This document shows positions 29,785 to 38,452 of a DNA stretch of 64,000 nt, one piece after another. Made by a program: the position numbers and the translations under genes. Positions within the stretch are counted from its first letter, which is position 1, and every line of letters begins with the position of its first letter. A model generated the notes under the pieces. That model searched no databases and was not told the origin of the DNA. It worked only from the letters and a program-made list of their open reading frames with translations. Source of the stretch: Patescibacteria group bacterium (GTDB taxonomy: Bacteria > Patescibacteriota > Dojkabacteria > JAHIVN01); assembly GCA_043816305.1 (NCBI GenBank), contig JBDRHZ010000001.1:839-64838 (forward strand), written 5' to 3'.

Positions 29785-30159
29785 ATGAAATCAAAAGCAA
29801 TAAAGTACAAAAGCAAAGAATTCATCAACTCAATAAAGAATGCTATACCCCGGCACTGCAGTAACTGTGGTACTCAATACGCAGACAATGATCTTTCATT
29901 GATTCAGCGTGATGATTATGCAGCAATGCTGCACTTGACTTGTCAGAGTTGCAAAGAATCATATCTAATAAATGTTGTCAGCCCGCTCGGTTCATTGCAG
30001 GGCTCAAGCAGAGTCCCACTCAAGATAGATATTCTGTCACCTGAAGAAGCCAAGAAGTTTATCGGAAAGTCTGCTATAAAATCGGACGATATTCTTGACT
30101 TGCATGAAATTCTTTCAAAAATTGAAACGGGCGAAGACCTCAAGAAGGTACTAAAATAA
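29785..30159 (+). CDS. hypothetical protein with CxxC...CxxC zinc-ribbon-like motif
   Basis: 124 aa with HCSNCGTQY ... CQSCKESY. No family recognised. Confidence 0.55.
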   Translation: MKSKAIKYKSKEFINSIKNAIPRHCSNCGTQYADNDLSLIQRDDYAAMLHLTCQSCKESYLINVVSPLGSLQGSSRVPLKIDILSPEEAKKFIGKSAIKSDDILDLHEILSKIETGEDLKKVLK

Positions 30160-30164
30160 CTCTA

Positions 30165-31301
30165 TTATAGCTTTATAAATTTACATTCCTTCAGAAAATT
30201 TCCATTTACTTCATCTTCCGACAAAGCTGTAAGTATTATCTGATTTGTACTCCCAAGTATGAAGTCTATGATCTTCCCGCGAACAGGAGAGTCCAGCTCA
30301 CTGAACAAATCATCTAGAAGGAAGATAGGTTCAACTCCATTTTTGTTCTTCAACTGTAGTTTTTGGGCCACTTTATATATAAATGCACATAAACGCTGCT
30401 GTCCTCTAGATCCCATCTCTTTCAAATCTACATTATTTAGTAAGAAGGAGAAATCCTCTCTCTGCGGACCGTACAGTGATTTGCCTGCCCAGATTTCCTT
30501 CTGCTCATTTTCCTTAATTTTTTTCTGAAATGCTGACATGATAACCTTTTCATCAATTTCGGTGAGAAATTTACTCTCATAAATTATCGACATCTCTGCT
30601 CCGTGCAAGTTAAAGAGCTTTGCAGATAATGATAAAATTTCTGAGGCAATAGACCGGAAAAAAATCGCCCGTTTAAAGATGATCGCAGATCCTAGATCAA
30701 CCATTTTCTGATTCCAGAACCCTAATTCTCGAGTATTTCCCCTATTCTGCAGTAGTTTCTCAAGAACCTTATTTCTCTGTCGTATGACCTTTCTATATTC
30801 AGATATTGCAAAGTAATATTCTTCATCGACAACGCTCAAGAAATCGTCCAGATCTTTTCTCCTGATCGAAGGAGAACCAATGACAAGATCCACCGTGTTC
30901 GGAGAAAAAATAACAGAATGAAAGGTATCATCAAATTTGTTGATAGTTGTTTTGAGTGAATCTACTAATAACGTTTTTCTCAGTGACCCTTCTGTAGTGG
31001 ATTCAAGCACCAGCTCTTTCTTTTGTATATTTCCAAGGGCGTCATCTATCTCTGCTTCGATTCTCGCGAACATAAGGGGAGATTTTCGGTCGATATCTTT
31101 TCTAACAGTCAATATCTCATTATTTGTCTTGAAAGATCTTCCGCGTGATACAAAGCCAACCGCTTCCAAAAAGTTAGTCTTCCCAGCACCGTTTAGAGCA
31201 ACTATGACATTTATCCTGCTCGAAAGAGGGTACGAGCCGTTTATATTTCTGAAATTTTGAATATTGATAGTACGAAGGGTCATCTGCCGAGCAATAATCA
31301 A
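30165..31301 (-). CDS. recF: DNA replication and repair protein RecF
   Basis: Contains INIQNFRN, the Walker A motif ALNGAGKTNFLEA, the signature SRGQQRL and the Walker B motif IFLLDDLFSELD. The true start may be the internal MTLRT at 31283. Confidence 0.9.
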   Translation of the reverse strand: MIIARQMTLRTINIQNFRNINGSYPLSSRINVIVALNGAGKTNFLEAVGFVSRGRSFKTNNEILTVRKDIDRKSPLMFARIEAEIDDALGNIQKKELVLESTTEGSLRKTLLVDSLKTTINKFDDTFHSVIFSPNTVDLVIGSPSIRRKDLDDFLSVVDEEYYFAISEYRKVIRQRNKVLEKLLQNRGNTRELGFWNQKMVDLGSAIIFKRAIFFRSIASEILSLSAKLFNLHGAEMSIIYESKFLTEIDEKVIMSAFQKKIKENEQKEIWAGKSLYGPQREDFSFLLNNVDLKEMGSRGQQRLCAFIYKVAQKLQLKNKNGVEPIFLLDDLFSELDSPVRGKIIDFILGSTNQIILTALSEDEVNGNFLKECKFIKL

Positions 31302-31413
31302 TTCTAAAACTATATTAAATTAGTAGAGCATCACAGGTAAAAGCCCGTAAATCACACATTGCTTCATCCCGCTAAACTGGACTTCGTTGGGTCAAGTCTT
31401 CTAAAGCAATACC

Positions 31414-32442
31414 CTACTTGCCTTCAACTAAATCTGTAATCTTTTTCACAACTCGCTGTCTGACCAATATGCTCTTCAAATAGTTCTTTGCTTCATTTGT
31501 TTCATATTGAGCTTTGACCTTCTCATCTTTGATAGCTGCAATCTGTTCATCAACATCCTCATTTGTGAGCACTATTTTATGCTCATTGGATACCTTTATG
31601 AGAATAACCTCTGTCTTCAGCTGCTTTTCCGCTTCCTTCCTCCAACCTTCTTTTATCTTATCCATCGTAGTCTTCTGGTTTCTCAAGAAATCCTCTACTT
31701 TCATTCCAAGCTGTTCAATCCTTGTTTTGTACTGACCTTCCCTTCTTTCCAACTCCTGATCAATCATGATAGTCGGGACTTCAAATTTACTTTTCTCAAT
31801 AATTTCAGTAAGAATGGCATCTATGTAATTATTTTCCTCCATCGTAGCTTTCTGCCTCTTTAGCTCTTTCTCTACATTCTTCTTCAGCTCGTCTAATGTC
31901 TTGGCCTCCATATTCATAGACTTTGCCCAAGAATCATCCATTTTTATCTTCTTTTTCTCCCGTTTTTCCGCTTCATCATGCATCTTTTCCAAGACGCTTT
32001 TCACCTCCTCTTCCGTTACTTCAGCCGTTTCCTTTTGGACCTTTATCTTTGAAAGATCTGGAAGCTTGAACTCTGGAAAGACTGTAAATGTGGCAGAATA
32101 CTTCACTCCGCTGCCTTCTCCGACCTTTTCGACACTATAGGCAATTTTATCTAGCGGGATTATTTCTTCCCGCTTTATAACCTCTAGAGTTGCAACAGGC
32201 AAGAGCTCCTGCAGAGTCTCTTCATATAACTTTGGTCCTAGCTGGGCCATAATCATATTTTCAGGTGCTTTTCCGGGCCGAAATCCTTCAATCGTAACCT
32301 CTTTTGCGAGCTTATCATACACCTTCTGCTTCACGACTTGAAACCTTTCATTCTCTATTTCAATATTTATCTTCAGCCTGCCATCTTCAAGGTTTTCCTT
32401 GCTGTAGCTAATGTTATTAAATGTCTGTAATACACTGCCCAT
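31414..32442 (-). CDS. tig: trigger factor, short form lacking the PPIase domain
   Basis: The N-terminal ribosome-binding signature GFRPGKAP is followed directly by the helical C-terminal arm domain. It is 342 aa versus about 430 aa for canonical forms, and no FKBP segment is visible. Confidence 0.8.
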   Translation of the reverse strand: MGSVLQTFNNISYSKENLEDGRLKINIEIENERFQVVKQKVYDKLAKEVTIEGFRPGKAPENMIMAQLGPKLYEETLQELLPVATLEVIKREEIIPLDKIAYSVEKVGEGSGVKYSATFTVFPEFKLPDLSKIKVQKETAEVTEEEVKSVLEKMHDEAEKREKKKIKMDDSWAKSMNMEAKTLDELKKNVEKELKRQKATMEENNYIDAILTEIIEKSKFEVPTIMIDQELERREGQYKTRIEQLGMKVEDFLRNQKTTMDKIKEGWRKEAEKQLKTEVILIKVSNEHKIVLTNEDVDEQIAAIKDEKVKAQYETNEAKNYLKSILVRQRVVKKITDLVEGK

Positions 32443-32640
32443 AATAAGTTACTTCCAGAAATTAAGTCGAATCTGATTCTAACACGTTTAGCACCAATTA
32501 ACCAGTATCTTTATCATTGAGATAGACACAAATGGGACTTTTAATTCTACGCTTAAAGCGAATAGTTCCAGCTTAACGCAAGCGGAATACGTATTAAGAA
32601 TTAGGCCTACGACTTACGACTACGTTTTACGGATTACGGA

Positions 32641-33762
32641 TTAACGCCTCTTATTCTTCTCTACAGTTACGTTTAATCTGCGTTGTCCACCTACAACTTT
32701 GGATTTATGCTTGATCAAGTCCAGGAATGCTGCTGAAGAAAGCACAGTTATTGGAGTAATCAATAGAATCGCAATCCCGCTTGAAATTGTATAAACAACC
32801 TGAAGAGCAACCCAGCCATTATCCCAGAATGCTATCTCTGGATACTGCTCTTTTACTAGAAAAATTCCTGCTAGTGATAGTCCCAAGATGGCTATAATAA
32901 TGTTGTTTAACTCCCCAGAAGATATCTTCTGACTGACCTTAAGCCCTTGTTTCAGCATCTCACCAATAGGAGTCCTTGCTTTATCAGAGAATTCCTCCCA
33001 GATGTGCTTTGCTACTTGAATGCTTGCATTTATAACACCTCCTGCAGGTATGAACAGAATACTCAAGATAATCACGATGATAATATCATCGTACAAAGAC
33101 TCATCAAGTGTAGTTATCGATCCTATAAAAGGAACTATATATGATGCCTGAGAAAAGCCCAAAAAAACAAAGAGTCCAACAACCAGACTTAGAATTACCG
33201 AAAAAGAAACCGCAAAGACTAATAATTTATTCCCCGCTCGTACCCAGGCTGTCACTGAAGATACGGCGGCAATAATGATTAGACAAAGAACCACAGATTG
33301 TACAAGGTGGCCGGAAAATGGAATCATACCAACTATCAACCCTAATACCAACAGTATCGACGGCAGCAACGTTTTCATCCCCTTTAGACCAAGAAATGCA
33401 ACTGTAAGAACAAGAAACAAAACAAACAACCAGATATAGTTCCGAGTCCTTACAAAATCAAAAAACTGATAATACTCTTCTCCATCAATAGAAGATGCTG
33501 TTATCTTCACTTTATCTCCAACCCTCAGTTGTCGAATAAAGAGTTCATCATAAGGAATAACTAGTTTTGTGGTATTGCCCTTGTTATCTCCCTCCAGTAT
33601 TTCTACTTGTACTTCTTGGGTTTTGAGGCCTTCTTGTTCGATAACGTCCTCAACTTTGATAACTCTTGCAGCATAGATATCCCTCTCTACAGCTCTTGCC
33701 CTGCTTGCGCCCAATCCCCCGAGAACAATCATTACACCAAGCACCAACAAAGTCTTCCTCAT
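32641..33762 (-). CDS. YibE/F-family integral membrane protein
   Basis: A signal/anchor and an N-terminal beta-rich segment (VQVEILEGDNKGNTTKLVIPYDE) are followed by about 7 TM helices. Confidence 0.7.
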   Translation of the reverse strand: MRKTLLVLGVMIVLGGLGASRARAVERDIYAARVIKVEDVIEQEGLKTQEVQVEILEGDNKGNTTKLVIPYDELFIRQLRVGDKVKITASSIDGEEYYQFFDFVRTRNYIWLFVLFLVLTVAFLGLKGMKTLLPSILLVLGLIVGMIPFSGHLVQSVVLCLIIIAAVSSVTAWVRAGNKLLVFAVSFSVILSLVVGLFVFLGFSQASYIVPFIGSITTLDESLYDDIIIVIILSILFIPAGGVINASIQVAKHIWEEFSDKARTPIGEMLKQGLKVSQKISSGELNNIIIAILGLSLAGIFLVKEQYPEIAFWDNGWVALQVVYTISSGIAILLITPITVLSSAAFLDLIKHKSKVVGGQRRLNVTVEKNKRR

Positions 33763-33854
33763 ACTTCTTCTTTAATATAGTTTATAATACTAATTTCTTG
33801 AGCGTAACACAAAATTTCAAAACTTGTTCAGACAACGGGAAAAAGTAAGAACTG

Positions 33855-34013
33855 TTACTCCTGCTCTTCATCATCATCATCGTCTTTCAAATCTCTATCT
33901 AGGTCTTGAAAATCATCTAGACCGTCATAGTTGTCTCCCCCGAAATTTGAGTCGGAGAAGTCATCGCTATCACTATCATCGATCACATTATTTAGATCAT
34001 CGTTATATGCCAT
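33855..34013 (-). CDS. small hyper-acidic protein (52 aa from first ATG)
   Basis: MAYNDDLNNVIDDSDSDDFSDSNFGGDNYDGLDDFQDLDRDLKDDDDDEEQE is roughly half D/E. It lies directly upstream of, and co-oriented with, the YibE/F gene. Confidence 0.5.
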   Translation of the reverse strand: MAYNDDLNNVIDDSDSDDFSDSNFGGDNYDGLDDFQDLDRDLKDDDDDEEQE

Positions 34014-34402
34014 TTCAGTATGTATAAAAAGCCTTATGAATATAGAATTAAAGCAAATTTTCACATTTTGTCAAGAGGGATAAAATGATTAATATGTTTG
34101 ACATGATTGAGGTAATTGTATATGTTGGATCGACATTAAGCCGAATGTCAACTCAAAAGCTAGTTCCATAATCCACCATGCTATCTCAATTTAGTCTCTA
34201 TAACCTCTTGGCCCAATAACTGGTCCTAACAAGAACCAGCGTCGCATAGGAACCATCGCTGGTTCAACAATTCTTCCGCATCGTTTCCAAAACTTAATCC
34301 CAACTTTGCATCATGCTAGCCGGCTCTGTCCTTAAACCACATCTCAATTCGCTAAACGAAAGAGTAGCACTCAGAACACTTTAACTAATATTCGTTTCTC
34401 AC

Positions 34403-35584
34403 CTATTTCTTTCTAAGTAACTTCTCATAAACATTCTCTACATCTTTATCGCCTCGTCCCGAAAGATTGATCACAACCACATCGCTCTTCTTGTACTTGC
34501 TTCTATTCTTCAATAAATATGCTACCGCATGAGCCGATTCGAGAGCAGGTATGATCCCTTCCAATTGGGAGAGTTTCACAAAAGCATTGACTGCTTCCTT
34601 ATCTGTTGCCTCACCCAGCGTTAATCTCCCATTCCCCTTCAGCATACTTAATTCTGGACTGACTCCAGGATAATCAAGACCGGAAGCAGCACTATACGAT
34701 CCCTTTATCATGCCATCTTTGTTTTTCATAACTAGGGTTCTAGATCCATGAATCTCACCGGTCTTTCCTGTACCTAGTACTAAACCATGTCTTCCTGATA
34801 AACGTCCTTTTCCTGCTGGTTCAACAGCCACTAATTCTACACTCTCTTTGCTAATGAACTTGTAGAATGCTCCTGTAGCGTTGCTTCCTCCACCTACACA
34901 GGCAATGATAGCTGTAGGCAATCTTCCCTCCGCTTTCATAAGGTGAGCATATATCTCCTCACCTATGACTTTTTGAAAGTCACGAACCATAGTAGGATAG
35001 GGGTGAGGACCCACAGTAGAGCCTAGTAAATAGTATGCAATTTCCACCTCCTTTATGTACCCTTGTATTGCAACATCAATCGTATCCTTAAGAGTTCCCT
35101 GCCCTTGTGACACAGGAACAACTTTTGCACCAAGCACTTTCATCCTGTACACATTCGGTTTCTGAGCCTCAATATCTCTTGCACCCATGTAAACATCACA
35201 GTTCATCCCGAAATAAGCAGCAATTGTAGCTGTAGCAACGCCATGCTGACCTGCACCGGTTTCAGCTATTACTTTCTTTTTGCCTAAATGTTTTGCCAAT
35301 AGTCCTTGTCCTACAACATTGTTAATCTTATGTGCACCGGTATGATTTAAATCCTCACGCTTCAAATAGACCTTACATCCGACCTCTTTTGACAAACGTT
35401 CAGCCAAATAAAGCAGGCTAGGCCTGTTTGCGTAGTTTTTATACAATTCTTTCAATTCGTGCTGAAACTTCCTTTGTTTCTTCAACTTCTCATATTCCTT
35501 TGCAAGATCAAGTAAAACATTCTTGAGTTCAGGAGGTAAATAGATACCGCCAAATTCACCAAAGTAACCGTTATTAGTTTTCAT
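34403..35584 (-). CDS. trpB: tryptophan synthase beta chain (no trpA in window)
   Basis: Contains FGEFGG, LNHTGAHKINN (PLP Lys), ETGAGQHG and GGGSNA. Confidence 0.95.
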   Translation of the reverse strand: MKTNNGYFGEFGGIYLPPELKNVLLDLAKEYEKLKKQRKFQHELKELYKNYANRPSLLYLAERLSKEVGCKVYLKREDLNHTGAHKINNVVGQGLLAKHLGKKKVIAETGAGQHGVATATIAAYFGMNCDVYMGARDIEAQKPNVYRMKVLGAKVVPVSQGQGTLKDTIDVAIQGYIKEVEIAYYLLGSTVGPHPYPTMVRDFQKVIGEEIYAHLMKAEGRLPTAIIACVGGGSNATGAFYKFISKESVELVAVEPAGKGRLSGRHGLVLGTGKTGEIHGSRTLVMKNKDGMIKGSYSAASGLDYPGVSPELSMLKGNGRLTLGEATDKEAVNAFVKLSQLEGIIPALESAHAVAYLLKNRSKYKKSDVVVINLSGRGDKDVENVYEKLLRKK

Positions 35585-35602
35585 GTAAAGATTATAATAA
35601 GT

Positions 35603-35645
35603 AAAAAATCCCGCTTTTTATGAGCCTCTGGCTCTAAGCGGGATT
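35603..35645 (-). terminator. intrinsic terminator between trpS and trpB
   Basis: The minus strand reads AAUCCCGCUU-[AGAGCC AGA GGCUC AUAA]-AAGCGGGAUU followed by UUUUUU. It ends about 20 nt before the trpB ATG. Confidence 0.7.
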
Positions 35646-35775
35646 ATGTTTGATAATTAAGCGTTCTAATCTAACCCCGCCAACGAGATCTTGTCCACCA
35701 GACTATTTTTTGAATGTAAGAATTGTCGTTCATAATAAAATTCCTAACTTAATGCTATATGCTGTTAGCTGTTTT

Positions 35776-38019
35776 TTATCTCTTCCTAAAACTCAACTCA
35801 TTCTCAATACCAATCAGATCATATACCTCGTCTAATGCTTTGTTCGCATACTCGTTTGCCCGCTCAGCACCTTTCTCAAGAATATCTTTTGCCAGTTTAA
35901 TATTACCCTCAATTTCTTTTCTCTTCTTTCGTGCCTCCTCAAAACACCTTTTATGGGCTTTAACCAGTTTCTCCTTCACCTCGACATCTCCGACCTTACC
36001 TTCTCTATATCGCTTCTTCAAGTCGTTAACTTCATCTTTATTATCATTCAGCAGATCGTGATATATGAAAACCGGATTACCTTCGACCGTCCCCGGATCA
36101 GAGGCGCGTTTCCGATTTGGATCAGTAAAACACTTCGTTATTTGTTCTTTGATAAGTTTCTCATCATCGAAGATTCCGATCACATTGCCCAGGCTTTTGC
36201 TCATTTTTCTTTCTCCGTCAGTTCCTACTACTTTTCCCGAATGGCCGCTACTGATTAGTGGTTCGGGAAGCGGGAAAAAATTGTCGGGATAGACTTTATT
36301 AAATGACTGAGCAACATCTCTTGCCAGCTCCACGTGCTGCCGCTGGTCTTCACCAACTGGTACACCGTCCGGCTTATAAAGAAGAATGTCCGCAGCCATC
36401 AGAATCGGATAGTTGAAAAGCCCCATGTTAATAGTCTCCGCAGAAACCCCCTTTGCCAGCTTATCCTTAAAGGCATGCATCCTTTTTAAGTAGCCAAAAG
36501 GAATATAATTTGCCAGGACAACTGCAAGCTGACTGTGAGCTGGAACATCTGACTGACGGAAATACGCACTTTTGTTTGGATCAAGACCTAGCGCTATGAA
36601 ATCGAGAATGTTACTTGTAATGTTTTCTTCCAATTTCTTCTTATCCTGAACAGTTGTCAGAGCGTGCAGATCTGCCACGAAGTAGAAGGAATTCTTTACT
36701 GATACTTGTAGATCCATTTGCGGCTTCACTGCTCCAAAGTAGTTTCCAATGTGAAGGGCATTCCCGCTTGGAGTAATGCCTGACAATACAGTTTCTACTT
36801 TGATATTATCTGCATCCTGCCTGTGGGGGTTTGGAAATGTCACATCAATTACTTTATACTTCCGACTCCCAAGGAACTTCATGATATTCTCCTTATCAGT
36901 TTCAATGGCCCCACTCCTAGTAGCAGAACCAGTGATGACTCGGTCCATATACATGACTGCATCATCTGCATAGAGTTCGACTTTATCGTCAAGCAGAAAT
37001 GGGGTTAAGAGTCCTTCTTTAAACCCAAGCTTCTTAACTTCATCAGGACTGCACATTTCAACATTTTCCAACTTTAATACTTGCTTCAGACGAACATTGT
37101 CAACACTTCTGTCATCCCTTCGAAGCAAAGCTATGTATCTCTTACCGTCCCCTTTAAACAACAGTGTTCCTAGCCCTTCACGATACTTCATACCGAGAGC
37201 TCGAACTTGTTCATCTAGGTTTAGGCTGTCAGTACCACTATTTAGTACCTTATACTTGATTTTGTACGAATCAAGTTTTTTTGTTATTTTTTCTAGCATC
37301 TTTCTGTCAGAATTTCTTATTGTTGTATTTGAAACGCTAGGTTGGTTATTTACTACCTCTGATTCAATAAAATGACCTATTCCTCCACCGTATAGACCTT
37401 TAAGGTTATTTCCGACTTCCTCAACAGCTCGCCTCACTTCTATGGTATCTACTCCTTTTACTTTACAACCTAATATGAAAACTGAAGTTGTAGCTTCATC
37501 GATCTTCTGATAAACACTATCTCTATAGAAAAATCTCGATAATATTTTCTCATTATCTGCCATGACAACTAACCCTGCAGGTAGGTACTCTACACCCCCA
37601 CCCAGAGGTTTGAATTCCTCACCTTCTTCGCTAAATCTTAATACTATATCCCCAGTAATTGAGTTTGCATCGAATACACCAAGTGGGATGAATGTTTGCA
37701 GGGCCACTAGATTTGTTACATCAACAACATTGTTTATCCGTGGGAACTTTCCCGATTCTAGATATCGTCGATAAAGCCTTTCTACAGATGGAATATTAGT
37801 TTCTGGGTCAAATCCCAACTCTTTATAGAAGTCTCTATACAAAGTAAACATCCTACTATTAAAGAACTCTTCCGTCCTTACTTCTTCTATCTTAAATTCC
37901 AACTTATCCTCAATAAGCACATTTTTCCCCTTCTGAACTATGATCTCCTTAACAGGCAAAAGAACAACATCAACATCTGGGAACTTATTCCTTACTTTTT
38001 TTGATATTAAAAATTTCAT
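35776..38019 (-). CDS. trpS: tryptophanyl-tRNA synthetase fused to N-terminal B3/4-like and YbaK-like (editing-type) domains
   Basis: The 747 aa protein has three parts:
- aa ~1-215 carry a PheT B3/4-type pattern (RINNVVDVTNLVALQTFIPLGVFDANSITGDIVLRFSEEGEEFKPLGG...LVVMADNEK).
- aa ~240-385 carry a YbaK/aminoacyl-tRNA deacylase pattern (RYIALLRRDDRSVDNVRLKQVL...GLLTPFLL).
- aa ~400-747 are a class I TrpRS (TPSGNALHIGNY, KMSKS). Confidence 0.85.
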   Translation of the reverse strand: MKFLISKKVRNKFPDVDVVLLPVKEIIVQKGKNVLIEDKLEFKIEEVRTEEFFNSRMFTLYRDFYKELGFDPETNIPSVERLYRRYLESGKFPRINNVVDVTNLVALQTFIPLGVFDANSITGDIVLRFSEEGEEFKPLGGGVEYLPAGLVVMADNEKILSRFFYRDSVYQKIDEATTSVFILGCKVKGVDTIEVRRAVEEVGNNLKGLYGGGIGHFIESEVVNNQPSVSNTTIRNSDRKMLEKITKKLDSYKIKYKVLNSGTDSLNLDEQVRALGMKYREGLGTLLFKGDGKRYIALLRRDDRSVDNVRLKQVLKLENVEMCSPDEVKKLGFKEGLLTPFLLDDKVELYADDAVMYMDRVITGSATRSGAIETDKENIMKFLGSRKYKVIDVTFPNPHRQDADNIKVETVLSGITPSGNALHIGNYFGAVKPQMDLQVSVKNSFYFVADLHALTTVQDKKKLEENITSNILDFIALGLDPNKSAYFRQSDVPAHSQLAVVLANYIPFGYLKRMHAFKDKLAKGVSAETINMGLFNYPILMAADILLYKPDGVPVGEDQRQHVELARDVAQSFNKVYPDNFFPLPEPLISSGHSGKVVGTDGERKMSKSLGNVIGIFDDEKLIKEQITKCFTDPNRKRASDPGTVEGNPVFIYHDLLNDNKDEVNDLKKRYREGKVGDVEVKEKLVKAHKRCFEEARKKRKEIEGNIKLAKDILEKGAERANEYANKALDEVYDLIGIENELSFRKR

Positions 38020-38063
38020 TTCAACAAGATAAAAAATAAAGTAAAAATAACAGATTTCTCAAT

Positions 38064-38137
38064 TGGCAGGTCTGCCTAGATTCGAACTAGGAACGACGGT
38101 TTTGGAGACCGTAATGATACCCTTTCACCACAGACCT
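38064..38137 (-). tRNA. trnW: tRNA-Trp (anticodon CCA), CCA-encoded
   Basis: The minus strand reads AGGTCTG-TG-GTGA-AAGGGTA-TCAT-T-ACGGT-CTCCAAA-ACCGT-CGTT-CCTAG-TTCGAAT-CTAGG-CAGACCT-G-CCA. It has a canonical GG D-loop and a TTCGAAT T-loop. Confidence 0.95.
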
Positions 38138-38186
38138 AAAAAAACGCCCTCAACTAAACACAGTTTCCTGTATCTAGATGAGGACG
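38138..38186 (-). terminator. T-box leader intrinsic terminator
   Basis: The minus strand reads CGUCCUCA(38186-38179)...UGAGGGCG(38152-38145), an 8-bp stem with one G-U, followed by U7 (38144-38138). The U-tract abuts tRNA-Trp nucleotide 1. Confidence 0.8.
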
Positions 38187-38416
38187 CTTTTGCATGGTGC
38201 CACCTCAATTTATAAATAGATTGCTCTATTTAACTTGTTAACCGACTCCACAGATATCGGTCTGAAGTAAGATTACGGACTTCTTCCGGAAAAGGCTACT
38301 TGTTTGAACTTTCACCTCCCAGCGTATTCTCTTTCAAGAATTCACCAGGCCCATTCTCCTGATTCCGACGCTTTTACTTATTAAATCCCGCTTAGCGGGA
38401 TAAAGTATTCAATTGC
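38138..38416 (-). promoter_or_regulatory. T-box riboswitch leader (Trp-type by context) preceding tRNA-Trp and trpS
   Basis: - T-box/antiterminator: AAAUUGAGG-UGGCACC-AUGC-AAAA-GCGU-CCUC (38211-38180), that is helix GAGG/CCUC, a 7-nt bulge UGGCACC, and helix AUGC/GCGU.
- The alternative structure is the terminator listed above.
- The bulge UGGC is complementary to the tRNA-Trp 3' end GCCA.
- A Stem III-like hairpin reads AAAUAGA-GCAA-UCUAUUU (38231-38214).
- Stem I distal-type motifs are AGAGA (38332-38328) and GGUGAAAG (38316-38309).
- UGG-purine triplets are available as a specifier, but which one is used is unresolved. Confidence 0.8.
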
Positions 38417-38422
38417 AGAAGA

Positions 38423-38452
38423 ATCATATCACAGACAATCTAGCTTTTGCAA
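38423..38452 (-). promoter_or_regulatory. candidate promoter of the T-box/tRNA-Trp/trpS transcript
   Basis: The minus strand reads TTGCAA (38452-38447), an 18-nt spacer, then TATGAT (38428-38423). Confidence 0.4.

Noticed and set aside
33824-34027. His/Arg-rich ORF on the plus strand
   Set aside because: It is the antisense shadow of the Asp/Glu-rich minus-strand ORF (GAT/GAC read backwards). It has no independent support.
34097-34281. Plus-strand TTGACA-17-TATGTT promoter and 9-bp hairpin GAACCAGCG/CGCTGGTTC (34247-34279) as an sRNA gene
   Set aside because: The promoter-like hexamers could be chance in AT-rich DNA. The hairpin is equally well explained as the trpB 3' terminator on the minus strand. 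There is no recognisable RNA family motif.
35585-35775. Second T-box or attenuator upstream of trpB (CUGGUGGACAAG resembles GGUGG)
   Set aside because: The UGGNACC bulge and its flanking helices are missing. Only an ordinary hairpin plus U6 terminator is present.
35759-37774. Multiple 60-100 aa plus-strand ORFs inside trpS, and similar antisense ORFs inside ychF, rtcB, sufS, tig, the ThyA-like gene and the P-loop genes
   Set aside because: They are shadow ORFs opposite long, motif-supported genes. Their sequences are Ser/Leu/Phe-rich and low-complexity, as is typical of antisense frames in AT-rich DNA.
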